Shown here: positions 41,249 to 52,385 of the stretch, one piece after another
Layout of the letters: the number at the start of each line of letters is the position of its first letter
How positions within the stretch are numbered: position 1 is the stretch's first letter
Virus record (IMG/VR): IMGVR_UViG_3300023179_000039
Coordinates: 45,660 to 109,659 of that record
Length of the DNA: 64,000 nucleotides
Source of the DNA: a virus
Direction: 5' to 3' (one strand)
Notes under the pieces: generated by a model
Told to the model about the DNA's origin: nothing
Databases searched by the model: none
The model's input: the letters and a program-made list of their open reading frames with translations, nothing else
Made by a program: the position numbers and the translations under genes

Positions 41249-41914
41249 ATGAAGTTTTTAATTAAATTTCCCTGTAGAGGAAGGCCTGATAAGTTTAAAT
41301 CTACATTTCTCTCTTATTTTAATCTTATGTCTAAAAAACACGATGTGAGGTTTGTATTTACTTTTGATAATGACGATTCTTTAATGAATAGCGATAACAT
41401 AAAAAACTTTTTAGCTGATTATAAAGATATATGTGAAGTTAATTACGGTGACTGTAAGAATAAGATAGAAGCCGTTAATGCTAATATGGAAAATAAAGAG
41501 TTTGATATTCTTCTTTTAGCAAGCGACGATATGATACCGCTATTAACTTCTTATGATGATACAATCTGTAATGACATACAGACTAATTTTCCTGATTTAG
41601 ATGGTAGTGTCCAGTATTATAACCCAATGTGGGCAGAGCGATTAGACGTTGTATGTATTATGGGGTATCCTTATTATAAAAGATTTAACTACATTTATTA
41701 TCCTGGTTATAAATCGATTTACTGTGATAATGAATTTACACAAGTTAAAAATAAATTGAATAAAAACAAATATATACCAGAAACACAAATGTTTAATCAT
41801 AATTTTGTTATGAATGACGATACGGCTGCAAAAAACTGGCATTTTAATACAGAAGATGAACGGCTTTTTAATAAAAGACTAGTTGAAGGCTTTGATTTAC
41901 CATGTTCTCAGTAA
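41249..41914 (+). CDS. GT-A fold (GT2-like) glycosyltransferase
   Basis: KFPCRGRP, D.DD, KIEAVN, ASDDMIP, YCDNE. Confidence 0.75.
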   Translation: MKFLIKFPCRGRPDKFKSTFLSYFNLMSKKHDVRFVFTFDNDDSLMNSDNIKNFLADYKDICEVNYGDCKNKIEAVNANMENKEFDILLLASDDMIPLLTSYDDTICNDIQTNFPDLDGSVQYYNPMWAERLDVVCIMGYPYYKRFNYIYYPGYKSIYCDNEFTQVKNKLNKNKYIPETQMFNHNFVMNDDTAAKNWHFNTEDERLFNKRLVEGFDLPCSQ

Positions 41915-43248
41915 AAGGTATTCCGCTAGCCGACAGAGGCTATTATGTTAATTTAGATTCGTCTACTGAAAGAAAAGCGTTAGTTGAAGAGCAGATTAAA
42001 AAGTTTGATATTATAGATTTAGATAGATTTCCTGCCTTAACCGATCCCTTACACCAGAGCTCTGCCACTAAAAGTCAAAGAGCAGTATTTGAAGAAGCAG
42101 AAAAAAATAACTTTGAAACGATTTTTGTTGCAGAAGATGACTTCTTTATACCTGATACAGTACCGCATTACCCCAATTTAAAGCAAAAGACTTTTGAAGA
42201 GCATTTAAAAGATGTTGCAGAAGATCTTAAGACGTTAAATTGGGATGTTTATATGTTTGGTTGTACTCCCCGCTCATTTCTTATACCCTTTACAAAAAAT
42301 TCTGCTTTAATAGATAGAAGTACAGGTGCCTGGGCTTATTTAATTAAAAAACATGCATGGCGGTTTATATTAGAAAATTTTAGCTACGGTAGAGACTATC
42401 AAGCTATTGATAACATACTACCTTTATTAAATTTTAACAATTTTAGAGTCTTTACTTCACTTCCGCTACTTATACATCATTCTAAAGGCCTTGTTTCTAC
42501 CTTACAACCCGGGCTTGGACCTGTAGATTATACGCATTTAATAGAAGGGTATTATGGTAAGTTTTTATTAGACGGGGTTTTACCCGATGAAGACTATGTA
42601 GGTAAGCATAGCGTTGAAAGAGAAGTTACTATAGTGTTTCTGGATAGTATGTATGAGAGGTTTGTAGATATAATGAGAAAAACGCTTTTTAATCTTCCTA
42701 ATAGCGTTTCAAAATGTAGAATATTAATGTACTATATTGATAGTTATGATCATAAAACACAAGAACTAATAAGCTATTTTAGAGATAGACCCGATTTTTA
42801 TAATGTACATATTGAGCTTTTTAAAGATATGGATTGTTTAATATCAAGAATTGCTCAGATAGCTCAGACGCCCTACGTGCTTTTAATAAACCCAAAACAT
42901 ATTTTTACAAATAAAGAGATAGACTTTAATAACATCATAAAAAACGTTAAGGATAATAATATTGATGCATTAGTTTTTAATAACGATGACCAGTCAATAG
43001 AATTTTTTGATAAATTTGATAATCTTAACAATTTAACAAGCATACCAAACACTATTAGTTTAATAAAAACAGAATTTTTAAAAATTAATCCTACCGCTAA
43101 TCTATTTGACAATACATTAGTAGAAGGTAAAATAATAAAAAATTTAGATTATAAAGTTGGCTATCAAAACACCACTCAAAATAAATGTGTTGCAGATACA
43201 AAAACCGACGAATACATATTAAACAACCCGTTTAAAGATTATTATTGA
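41902..43248 (+). CDS. GT25-like glycosyltransferase with additional C-terminal domain
   Basis: YYVNLD...ER, RFPA, IFVAEDD, WDV.MFG, GAWAYLI, ID. Confidence 0.75.
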   Translation: MFSVKGIPLADRGYYVNLDSSTERKALVEEQIKKFDIIDLDRFPALTDPLHQSSATKSQRAVFEEAEKNNFETIFVAEDDFFIPDTVPHYPNLKQKTFEEHLKDVAEDLKTLNWDVYMFGCTPRSFLIPFTKNSALIDRSTGAWAYLIKKHAWRFILENFSYGRDYQAIDNILPLLNFNNFRVFTSLPLLIHHSKGLVSTLQPGLGPVDYTHLIEGYYGKFLLDGVLPDEDYVGKHSVEREVTIVFLDSMYERFVDIMRKTLFNLPNSVSKCRILMYYIDSYDHKTQELISYFRDRPDFYNVHIELFKDMDCLISRIAQIAQTPYVLLINPKHIFTNKEIDFNNIIKNVKDNNIDALVFNNDDQSIEFFDKFDNLNNLTSIPNTISLIKTEFLKINPTANLFDNTLVEGKIIKNLDYKVGYQNTTQNKCVADTKTDEYILNNPFKDYY

Positions 43249-43886
43249 TGAACTCCAAGATTGATAAAAGTATTAACCTAGAGGCAAATGATGGTCTTTG
43301 CATCTATGTCGACGAGCAATTTGGTCGGTTAGCATGCATGCAAAATAATAACGTTTTTGATGTATTTGATACTTTTATTTCTGATATTAAACCTGCGCGT
43401 GTTTTAGAGATCGGAACCGCATTAGCAGGCCTTACATGCTATATTAAAACCCTCTTACAGAAATATACACCTGACAGTGAAATCGTATCATATGATGTTT
43501 TAGATAGAAATTGGTTTGATGAATTGAGAGAGAAAGGCGTTAATATAAAGATAGAAGATATTTTTTCTGAAAATTATTCAGTTGTAAAAGATAATGTAAT
43601 TGAATTTATTAAGTCACCAGGTACTACAGTAGTATTGTGCGATGGCGGTAGTAAAGCAAAAGAATTTAATATTTTATCTAATTATCTTAAGAAGGGTGAT
43701 TTTATTTTAGCGCATGATTACAGCATTACAATTGATTATTTTTATGAAAATATTAATAAAAAACTTTGGAATTGGTGCGAGATTTTAGAATCTGATATTG
43801 CTGATTCAGTTACAAGAAATAATTTAGTTGACTATAAAAATAAGCTGTTTAACAAAGCTGTATGGACATGCAAGAAAAAAGTATGA
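43248..43886 (+). CDS. SAM-dependent O-methyltransferase (CmcI/rhamnosyl O-methyltransferase-like)
   Basis: VLEIGT..AGLT, LCDGG, LKKGDFILAHD; TGATG overlap supports ATG at 43248. Confidence 0.7.
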   Translation: MNSKIDKSINLEANDGLCIYVDEQFGRLACMQNNNVFDVFDTFISDIKPARVLEIGTALAGLTCYIKTLLQKYTPDSEIVSYDVLDRNWFDELREKGVNIKIEDIFSENYSVVKDNVIEFIKSPGTTVVLCDGGSKAKEFNILSNYLKKGDFILAHDYSITIDYFYENINKKLWNWCEILESDIADSVTRNNLVDYKNKLFNKAVWTCKKKV

Positions 43887-46198
43887 TTAATACAAATAAA
43901 ATACTTTCTTTTAATAATAAAAAACTTGATCCTTCTATAGTTAATACTGATCAAATAAAAAACATAGTACTTTATTTAGCTAGCTGTATTGATAGTAAAC
44001 TACCTGGTGATGTAGTTGAACTTGGCTGCTATGTAGGTGAAACTAGCAAATATATTTCTAAAACTATTGAAGAATCTAAGTCTAATAAAAAATATTATGT
44101 TTATGATTCTTTTGAGGGGTTACCCGATCTATCTAAATTTGAAGAAGGTACTGGGTGGAAGCCACGGACTCTTAATACTACTGAAGATATTCTTGTCTCA
44201 AATTTCGAACTTAATAATGTTCCGCTTCCCATTATAACAAAAACCTGGTTTAAAGATATAAAAAATAAGCAACTACCAAAGCAAATTTGCTTTGCTTTTT
44301 TAGATGGTGATTTCTACACATCAATTTATGAAAGCTTAGAAAAGGTATATGATAGAGTAGTTGACGGCGGTTATATCTTAGTACATGATTATAAAAGACC
44401 CGATCTACCAGGTGTAGAAGCAGCAATACAGGAATATTTTAGAATCAATAAATTAGAACTTAATATTATTGAAGCTTGTGAACAATTAGCAGTAATTAGA
44501 AAAAACAAAAAACCTGAAAAAATTAATACGCAAAAATCATGTTATACGATTGTAACGGGTCTTTGGGATATAGGACGCGATAAGTTAAAAGAAGGTTGGT
44601 CACGTGGTTATTCACATTACTTAGAAAAATTAGAAGAACTATTAAAAGCTGATTTTAATCTTATTATTTTTGGCGATAAAGAATTGGAGAAGTTTGTTAG
44701 CGAGCGTAGATCTGACTACAATACACAGTTTGTCTTAAGAGATATCGACTGGATTAAAAATATGCCATTTTTTGATAAAATTCAAGAAATTAGAACTGAT
44801 CCTGACTGGTATACGCAAGCAGGTTGGTTAGCAGATTCAACCCAAGCAAAGCTAGAGCTTTATAACCCCTTAGTAATGTCTAAGGTATTTTTATTACACG
44901 ACGCTAAAATTCTTGATAAGTTTGATTCTGAATATTTGTTTTGGCTTGACGCAGGCATTACAAACACAGTGCATTATGGTTATTTTACACATGATAAAGT
45001 TTTAGATAAGCTACCTTCAATACTAGAAGATAAGTTTTTGTTTGTCAGTTTCCCCTATCCTGATGGCGCAGAAATTCATGGTTTTTCGCGTAATAAAATG
45101 AATGAAATAGCTCAAGCAGAGAATGTTGAGTATGTTTGTAGAGCGGGATTTTTTGGCGGGCCTAAGAATGTAATTTCTGAAATTAATAGTATTTATTACG
45201 GGCTATTGAACAGTACTTTAAGCGAAGGTTATATGGGTACAGAAGAAAGTATCTTTACCCTAATGACATACTTACACCCTCATTTATTTACAAGATTTTC
45301 AATAGAGGGTAACGGGCTGCTAGGTAAATTTTTTGAAGATTTAAAAAATATTAAAGTAGAAGATAAAAAGAAAGCAATTGATACAAATATCTTATCCGGC
45401 GTAACTCTTTATGTAATCACATTTAATTCACCTAAACAGTTCGCTACATTGTGTGAAAGTTATTTAAAGCAACCAGGTTTTATAAAGGAAACAACTAATT
45501 ATCTTCTTGACAACAGCACAGACGCGTCTACATTTGATGAATATAAAGCTCTTTGCGATAAATATAACTTTGTTCATATAAAGAAAGATAATCTTGGTAT
45601 TTGTGGTGGTAGGCAGTTTATTGCTGAGCATTTCCACGAAAGTAATTCTAAATACTGCATTTTTCTAGAGGATGACATGACATTATGTACCAAAAATTTT
45701 GCACCATGTAAGAATGGGCTATCGCGCTTTACTAATAATTTATTTTATAAGATAGTAAAAATTATGGATAAAGAAAAATTTGACTTTCTCAAGCTATCTT
45801 TTACAGAATTTTTTGGCGATAACTCTATTCAATGGGCATGGTATAATGTACCTCAGCATGTAAGAGAGAGTTTTTGGCCAAACAATAAAAAACTACCTCA
45901 GATGGGATTGGACCCTAATGCACCTAAGACAGAATTTAAGCATATCAATAATATAGACGGTCTTAGCTATATTAATGGCGATATATACTATTGTAATTGG
46001 CCGCAAATAGTCTCAAAAGCAGGTAATAAAAAAATGTTTATTGATACTAAATGGGCATCGCCTTTTGAACAGACATGGATGTCATATATGTTTCAGCTTA
46101 CTAAACAAGGCGATTTAAAAGGCGGGCTTCTATTATTATCTCCTATAGAACATAATAGATTTGATCATTATTCTAATAAATTACGTAGAGAAAACTAG
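43883..46198 (+). CDS. Fusion: TylF/MycF sugar O-methyltransferase + HtrL/YibB-like glycosyltransferase + GT-A domain
   Basis: GDVVELG..G, YDSFEGLP, LDGD.Y.S, GG.I.VHDY; TIVT.LWDIGR, MSK, WLDAG, GFFGG, GTEE; GICGGRQ, FLEDDM. ATGA overlap suggests start 43883 (ORF track 43862). Confidence 0.8.
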   Translation: MINTNKILSFNNKKLDPSIVNTDQIKNIVLYLASCIDSKLPGDVVELGCYVGETSKYISKTIEESKSNKKYYVYDSFEGLPDLSKFEEGTGWKPRTLNTTEDILVSNFELNNVPLPIITKTWFKDIKNKQLPKQICFAFLDGDFYTSIYESLEKVYDRVVDGGYILVHDYKRPDLPGVEAAIQEYFRINKLELNIIEACEQLAVIRKNKKPEKINTQKSCYTIVTGLWDIGRDKLKEGWSRGYSHYLEKLEELLKADFNLIIFGDKELEKFVSERRSDYNTQFVLRDIDWIKNMPFFDKIQEIRTDPDWYTQAGWLADSTQAKLELYNPLVMSKVFLLHDAKILDKFDSEYLFWLDAGITNTVHYGYFTHDKVLDKLPSILEDKFLFVSFPYPDGAEIHGFSRNKMNEIAQAENVEYVCRAGFFGGPKNVISEINSIYYGLLNSTLSEGYMGTEESIFTLMTYLHPHLFTRFSIEGNGLLGKFFEDLKNIKVEDKKKAIDTNILSGVTLYVITFNSPKQFATLCESYLKQPGFIKETTNYLLDNSTDASTFDEYKALCDKYNFVHIKKDNLGICGGRQFIAEHFHESNSKYCIFLEDDMTLCTKNFAPCKNGLSRFTNNLFYKIVKIMDKEKFDFLKLSFTEFFGDNSIQWAWYNVPQHVRESFWPNNKKLPQMGLDPNAPKTEFKHINNIDGLSYINGDIYYCNWPQIVSKAGNKKMFIDTKWASPFEQTWMSYMFQLTKQGDLKGGLLLLSPIEHNRFDHYSNKLRREN

Positions 46199-46240
46199 AT
46201 CAAGCACGTTTAAATAGCTGTAATTTAAGTAAATAATAAT

Positions 46241-46969
46241 GTGAATTACGTTTATTATGTGCTTTCTAGTGTACAAACTTCAGGAACACCTTCTTTATTA
46301 AATCACTATCTATTCACCGACCCCGTTTACGGTACTAATATTGTTTACCCTAATAGCGCTAATGGCTATATTTTTGACATACCTACAAGCTATGTATTCG
46401 ATGCTTCTGCTAACGGAGGCAAGTACTTTCCGTGGGGATATTCAGTTGAAAACACATATCTAAGTGCAGATTTAGGGTTTTTTAAAGGGCAATGTACACT
46501 CACCTTTATACCTTCTGGTATTGATAACAAATATTACACAACATTAAAAATAGTTTATGATTTTAATGATAATGAAATTATAGACATTGAAAAAGGTATA
46601 GTACAAAACATTTTACCCGGTAATGTTGCTTTTCTGGACAATGGCTCACCTAACAACACCAATGTTTCTCATGTTTATACTTCTAAATCATTAAGTAAGA
46701 CGACTTATTTTCCAACAGTTACTGTTTTAAATGGAAATATGGTATTAAACGTTTTTAATTTTAAATTAACCATATTACCCGGTACTGTTTTTGATTTTGA
46801 AGACTTTCATTTAATAAATTCTGCACAACTAACAAAATTTGATAATACGCAATTTAAGTCATTAGAAGTTTTTGAATTTAACGAGACTAGCGATGATGAA
46901 AATTATTTAACTAATTTCTTATTAACCAGTGCAAACGCGACTATAACTACATCTAGCTCATCAGCGTAA
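46241..46969 (+). CDS. Hypothetical late structural protein
   Basis: TAAATA-N5-GTG; degenerate PKD-like YDF.D...SHVY..YFPTVT. Confidence 0.6.
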   Translation: MNYVYYVLSSVQTSGTPSLLNHYLFTDPVYGTNIVYPNSANGYIFDIPTSYVFDASANGGKYFPWGYSVENTYLSADLGFFKGQCTLTFIPSGIDNKYYTTLKIVYDFNDNEIIDIEKGIVQNILPGNVAFLDNGSPNNTNVSHVYTSKSLSKTTYFPTVTVLNGNMVLNVFNFKLTILPGTVFDFEDFHLINSAQLTKFDNTQFKSLEVFEFNETSDDENYLTNFLLTSANATITTSSSSA

Positions 46970-46974
46970 AAATG

Positions 46975-46982
46975 TATAAATA
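46975..46982 (+). promoter_or_regulatory. T4-like late promoter
   Basis: Full TATAAATA-N6-ATG. Confidence 0.7.
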
Positions 46983-46988
46983 TTTATT

Positions 46989-49900
46989 ATGGATGTAATT
47001 AACTTAGCCTCAACAAATTTTGTTGGACTATCATCTAGGTATAAGGAAGATGAAACATTAAAATTTAATGAGAATGTTATTTTTTCGGAACAAAATATTT
47101 TACTTCCTATTAATAACATACTAAAAGAAATTAATGATAATAAAATTAATAATTTTTCTAATTTATTTTTAACCGAAAAAAATACTCTATCAAACGCTTT
47201 TACTGTCGAAAAGCTAGACCCATTATCCGATGAAGGATTTTCTACCTATTTTGCTGCAAACGCTGCAGGTTCTATTACGCCGTCTACAAAGTTTTGGGTA
47301 GTAGAAGAACCTAATATCTTAACAAATATTGCTCAAGTTACTGTTGATGGTGAGTTTACAAATATTAATAATCAATACTTTTTTGATGTTGAATTAATTT
47401 CTGATAAGCTTTGTAAGATTTCGCATGAAAATGAAAATATAGTAAGATATTTAACAGTAGATTATACCGGCAACCTTTCTTTTACAAAAGATGCACAGTT
47501 AGATATTATCGGCCCGTTAAGCCCGCAAATATTTTATTATGTTTATGATAGAGGTTATAATTACATGGTTCTTATAAAAAATATTAATGATATACCTAAG
47601 TTTGTTACGTTCAATGCTAATGCAAGCGATTTATCATTAACCGATCCAATTACTGGTACAAGCGTTCCATACTCAATATCATCTATTTTTAGAGTGAGAG
47701 AACGAAATCCTATTCCTAATAAAATTGATTTATTTGATCCTTGGGTTAGCTATAATAAAAATTTTAAAACAAATTCGCAAGATATTAATTTGGATAGAAG
47801 CTTTAATAAAATAAATAATAATTTTCTTTTAAGTAATGAATTTTATAATATTTCATCAAACTTTATAGATTTTAATATTCTTTCACTTAAAAATAATTTT
47901 ACCCCTGAGTATAATTTATCTAGAGGCAATCCATTTTTTGATGAATCAAATGTAGAATTGCGTGACTATCAAAAAATAAACTCTGGCACCTATCAAAATT
48001 TAGGTAACGATAATATTACACTAAGCTATGAAAGCTATACATCGAATATTATTCTTAAAAAAGATAAGATAACATATTTTCATATACCTCAAATTTTTTA
48101 TCCATTTGAAAGGCTTAACATTAATGATTCAAATTTAGTTAATGCAGGGGCTATAGCAGGCGATCACCCTCTTAAATCGGATAAAATATTTAAAAAGAAA
48201 GCTGATTACAAATATACTTCTAATTATGGTAATACTATAGAAGAAAATTCTGGTGAATTTTTATGTGCATGGCTTTCAGGTAGCATAGATCCTACCACCA
48301 GGCCTATATGGGTAGACAGATATTATAACCCTAAAAAGATATCTGGCTATCAAGCATTAACCGCTTCTGATTTTAAAGCTATTAAATACATTTCTAATTT
48401 TGACTGTTTAGTAGATAAAGCATTTGAGACGTTTGCGAAAGATGTTCCTGTTTTCGACAAACCTTCAGATTTAATCTTTGAGAAGGGTACCTATTATGCA
48501 TATCATCATTATGGCCCTAGAGATGTAGAAAAATTTATAAATTCATTTTCTAAAAATTTAGCAGTTAAAAACATTCCTAATTATAAATTTTATAATGGCT
48601 CAGACGCTACATACTTTTCTACTGTTATTGATAATAGTAATAATATCTCAGAATATATCTTTAATGGTCAAACATACGGTATAACATCGCCTTTATCATC
48701 AATTCAAGAATCAAATCAATTTACTCTTATATTTGATGCGCATAGTAATGATTGGTCTGCACCACTAGGCTATCAACTAGTAGGAAATTATGATAGAGAT
48801 GGGTTTGGAATATTTAATGAAAACATTGTAACCCCTACTTTGTTTATACCGTACTTAAGCGGTACCTACGTTACAAATTTAAATTATAAAAAACTTAATA
48901 CTCTAGCATTTAACAGCAATCTAAAAGCAATTATTCGACTACAAGGTATGAATGACTTTTACGGTGTATTTGAAGATAATAGCTTTAGACGTTTTAATTT
49001 AAATTACTCTGAAACAAGAAGAAATTATCCCTCAGATCCTTCCGATCAATTGGGTAAAGTAAGAGGGTACGATTACAGTGAAACAGATGTTAGAGTCTTA
49101 ATAGGCGATAATCCAGGCGCTAAGAAAATAATGTTATTAGATTTAAAATCTCAAGAAATAACAGATATTACTACTGGTACTTTAAATCTTGCTAGATATC
49201 CTAGAAGATACCCCACAGATGTAACAAATATTAACTCCGCAAATTCTTTAATTCTCTATAATGATACAATGTATTTGTTAAGAGGCTCTAAAGCGTTTAG
49301 AGCTAATGATTCTATTTTTTATAGCTATGATAGCAAGAGAATATTTTTATGGGAAAATATTTCAGACATCACAAGCGTTACGCCGACTACAGCATTTGCC
49401 TCTTCTACTGTTATAAATGATTTTTCTATCGATTTCGATCATAATTTATGGATATTATTTGACGACAATAAATTTGCAAAATATTCATATGATAGAGTAT
49501 TTTTACTTTCAGGCCATTTTACTGATACTATAGATAAAAACTACACCAACTTTAAAGTAGATTTTACTGCAGATTTTGATAAGGGAAATTACAATACCTA
49601 TGCAGTAATTACCAGGCAATCTTATACTGGGGAAAAGAAAAACTTACAATTTGTAAAAATGTCATTAAGCGGTAATAACGTAGAAAGATCATTATTTAAC
49701 AGAAATGTACCGCTTGGTGATAATTATATTATACAACAATATATTGATGGTACAGTATTTTCTACTTCACAGACGCTTTCAAGTAAATATGCAACAGGAT
49801 TAGATGTAGGTAGAATTATACCACAATCTGATTTTAATACTATTTTATCGTTTAACCCTTCACTTGCTTCTTACGCCTCATTTATGTCAAACAACACAAT

Positions 49901-50582
49901 TAATTTTTCTAATAGTAAGTTTTTATCATCTTTTATAAAAGATAAATACCCACCCTCAAGTATAAATGTAAAATCACAACTCACCAATATTTTTAATATA
50001 AACGATACTTCATCTGCAGAAATAATTTTTGATTTAGCAAAACTCGATCCTGGATATCATAATTTTGCTGTTAGATTTGACGCTGATAACGGACTTATGC
50101 ATTTGTTTGTCGATGGTCAATTGCAAGGTTTTAGCGAATTTACTCCTAGAAAGTATAAATTTAGCGATTTAATAAACAGGCCTTTCTTAATAGGTAGCTC
50201 TAGTTATGCTTATTCACTACCACTATTTTCATATTTAAAAAATACATCATTTATAGCATCTGATATCACTATCAAGAATTTTTATTTATATGATAAACCG
50301 CTTTTTGATTTTGACATTTTGTTTCATGCTAGAAAAGGTATGAGGATTCAGGATTTAATTTTTGATGTTGCTTGTGGTAGACGTAATTATACTGAAGAAA
50401 TAGAAAGATATTTTAAATTAAGACCACCCGGCTCTAAGTCTACTAAATACAACCTCATTATTAAAAACACAGGTATAAGCGATAAAGACTTACAATATGC
50501 ATTAGAACAAAGAATATATGATATTATAAACAGCACTGCCCCCGCCTATACAAAGTTAAATAATATTAAATGGGTAGGATAA
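46989..50582 (+). CDS. Large structural protein with C-terminal LamG/ConA-like motif
   Basis: YHNFAVRFD...HLFVDGQ...IG...FYLYDKPL; TATAAATA-N6-ATG. Confidence 0.65.
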   Translation: MDVINLASTNFVGLSSRYKEDETLKFNENVIFSEQNILLPINNILKEINDNKINNFSNLFLTEKNTLSNAFTVEKLDPLSDEGFSTYFAANAAGSITPSTKFWVVEEPNILTNIAQVTVDGEFTNINNQYFFDVELISDKLCKISHENENIVRYLTVDYTGNLSFTKDAQLDIIGPLSPQIFYYVYDRGYNYMVLIKNINDIPKFVTFNANASDLSLTDPITGTSVPYSISSIFRVRERNPIPNKIDLFDPWVSYNKNFKTNSQDINLDRSFNKINNNFLLSNEFYNISSNFIDFNILSLKNNFTPEYNLSRGNPFFDESNVELRDYQKINSGTYQNLGNDNITLSYESYTSNIILKKDKITYFHIPQIFYPFERLNINDSNLVNAGAIAGDHPLKSDKIFKKKADYKYTSNYGNTIEENSGEFLCAWLSGSIDPTTRPIWVDRYYNPKKISGYQALTASDFKAIKYISNFDCLVDKAFETFAKDVPVFDKPSDLIFEKGTYYAYHHYGPRDVEKFINSFSKNLAVKNIPNYKFYNGSDATYFSTVIDNSNNISEYIFNGQTYGITSPLSSIQESNQFTLIFDAHSNDWSAPLGYQLVGNYDRDGFGIFNENIVTPTLFIPYLSGTYVTNLNYKKLNTLAFNSNLKAIIRLQGMNDFYGVFEDNSFRRFNLNYSETRRNYPSDPSDQLGKVRGYDYSETDVRVLIGDNPGAKKIMLLDLKSQEITDITTGTLNLARYPRRYPTDVTNINSANSLILYNDTMYLLRGSKAFRANDSIFYSYDSKRIFLWENISDITSVTPTTAFASSTVINDFSIDFDHNLWILFDDNKFAKYSYDRVFLLSGHFTDTIDKNYTNFKVDFTADFDKGNYNTYAVITRQSYTGEKKNLQFVKMSLSGNNVERSLFNRNVPLGDNYIIQQYIDGTVFSTSQTLSSKYATGLDVGRIIPQSDFNTILSFNPSLASYASFMSNNTINFSNSKFLSSFIKDKYPPSSINVKSQLTNIFNINDTSSAEIIFDLAKLDPGYHNFAVRFDADNGLMHLFVDGQLQGFSEFTPRKYKFSDLINRPFLIGSSSYAYSLPLFSYLKNTSFIASDITIKNFYLYDKPLFDFDILFHARKGMRIQDLIFDVACGRRNYTEEIERYFKLRPPGSKSTKYNLIIKNTGISDKDLQYALEQRIYDIINSTAPAYTKLNNIKWVG

Positions 50583-50583
50583 T

Positions 50584-52200
50584 ATGAATATATTACAAGA
50601 AACATTGAAAGAAGGGTTTATATATGATCGCTATTTAGGCGAATCGCTTACTCTGCCTTACGATATAAATCAAATTAAAATACAAGCTAATGAAACTGTA
50701 TCAGCAGATGTTTTAAATTTAAAACTAGAACATCTTTATGATAATTTTATCTATATTTATAAAAATACGTTACTAGCGTCTAATGTAATCCCCGTTTCAT
50801 CCACTGCAATTGCGGGTGTTACAGCATCATCTACTAATTTTACTTGGTATAGAGGGTTAAGTTCTAGAGATTTTATATCTCTTTCTAACAATTTAACTTT
50901 AGGTGGTTTAGATAGTACTGAAACCTCATTTTTAATAAAAAATAGGGATATAGATAGATATTCGCTACTCACTTCATCAGGACCATCCATTAATGTGTTT
51001 AATTTTGACTATAATGCATCTTATATAAAGAAAGTACACACTCAAACACAGATTGATCAAAATTACGGCGTACCGTTTGCAAATATTTGTTCATTTGACT
51101 TGTATGAAAACAATCTGTATGTTTTAGACTGCGAATTAAATAGATTAGTAAAATATGATGTAAGCGGACTTACTGAATTAAACACAGTTACAAATAACAG
51201 GCTTTCTTATGTTGACTCGATAGGCAATTTTGGTGATTTTAATTCTAAAACAGATTTTAATAACCCCGAAGGCCTTACTATTGCAGGTGAATATATTTTT
51301 GTTTTAGATTCAGGAAATTCCTGTATTAAAAAATATGATTTAAATTTAAATTGGGTTTACACATATAGACTTTATAAAGACTTTCTAAAAGATTACCCTA
51401 TAGATATAGCATCTGACTTTAACGGCAGTATCTATGTTTTAACGCAAAGCAATAAAATTTTTATTTACAATAATGAAATTTCTGATAAAAAAATTATAGA
51501 TTTATCTACATTAAAAGAAAGTGATGAATATTTTAAAAGATTAGTTTTTTCTCAAACAGATAATAATGTTTTTTATGTTTATTCTAATAAAAATATATAT
51601 AAAAAATTAGTTAATAAGCCATACGACACTATTGGCAAATATTTGTTGTACTTATTTAAGTATGACATACCTGACGAAGAAATAAATACGTTTTGTTCTG
51701 CTCCATCACAAGATTTTACAAGCGATGTAAATATTATGTTTTCTGCTTCTGGTAATGTAGGTAAATTTGGTTATTTTCTAGATAATTTAAATTTATTTGA
51801 TGTACTAGCTGTAAGAAATTTTGACATCTATGATTTTAATGAAATAAAATTTAACAGTAATGAATACCTGCAAAATTGGGTCTTTAATAAAAATATTTCA
51901 AAGCTCTTATTAAATCATATGAGATTAAGAGATCAAATAATAGGCAAATTTATTGCTTCTCGAGACTATTTAAATAATATCTTTTTTAAAGGTACAAGAT
52001 ATCTTTTACCCGATGAATTAGACGCTATATATTTTTCACAAGATATAACTAATTTTATAGGCGGTAACGAGATAATTTCAAATAGTATAGTTAATAGGCC
52101 TTTTGAAAAAATTTACGATATTCAAGTAAAATTACTTAAAGTTTTAAGTTCTGAAATTATTAAAACACCCTTTAATACTAACCCTATATTTTTAAACTAA
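50584..52200 (+). CDS. NHL/beta-propeller repeat structural protein
   Basis: FNNPEGLTI...IFVLDSGNSCIKKYD; LYVLD..LNRLVKYD. Confidence 0.7.
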   Translation: MNILQETLKEGFIYDRYLGESLTLPYDINQIKIQANETVSADVLNLKLEHLYDNFIYIYKNTLLASNVIPVSSTAIAGVTASSTNFTWYRGLSSRDFISLSNNLTLGGLDSTETSFLIKNRDIDRYSLLTSSGPSINVFNFDYNASYIKKVHTQTQIDQNYGVPFANICSFDLYENNLYVLDCELNRLVKYDVSGLTELNTVTNNRLSYVDSIGNFGDFNSKTDFNNPEGLTIAGEYIFVLDSGNSCIKKYDLNLNWVYTYRLYKDFLKDYPIDIASDFNGSIYVLTQSNKIFIYNNEISDKKIIDLSTLKESDEYFKRLVFSQTDNNVFYVYSNKNIYKKLVNKPYDTIGKYLLYLFKYDIPDEEINTFCSAPSQDFTSDVNIMFSASGNVGKFGYFLDNLNLFDVLAVRNFDIYDFNEIKFNSNEYLQNWVFNKNISKLLLNHMRLRDQIIGKFIASRDYLNNIFFKGTRYLLPDELDAIYFSQDITNFIGGNEIISNSIVNRPFEKIYDIQVKLLKVLSSEIIKTPFNTNPIFLN

Positions 52201-52201
52201 T

Positions 52202-52384
52202 GTGGCTAGGTTTATCTTTAAAACTCTATCAGGGGGCAATGGATCAAATATTGTACCAGAATTTCCTACACCAACACCTTCAATTACAAATACACCGACA
52301 TACACACCTACCCCTACTGTCACCCCTACAAACACACCTACACAAACAGTTACACATACAGTAACGCCAACAAATAAAAAGTAA
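52202..52384 (+). CDS. Small Thr/Pro-rich protein, paralogue of the N-terminus of the downstream mucin-like protein
   Basis: Coupled on both sides (TAA-T-GTG, TAA-T-ATG); N-terminal similarity to the 52386 product. Confidence 0.7.
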   Translation: MARFIFKTLSGGNGSNIVPEFPTPTPSITNTPTYTPTPTVTPTNTPTQTVTHTVTPTNKK

Positions 52385-52385
52385 T

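Noticed and set aside
39954-46198. Glycosyltransferase operon as a DNA hypermodification system
   Set aside because: No base hydroxymethylase or T4-type DNA glucosyltransferase motifs in the window; family types and context favour protein or surface glycans, though this is not formally excluded
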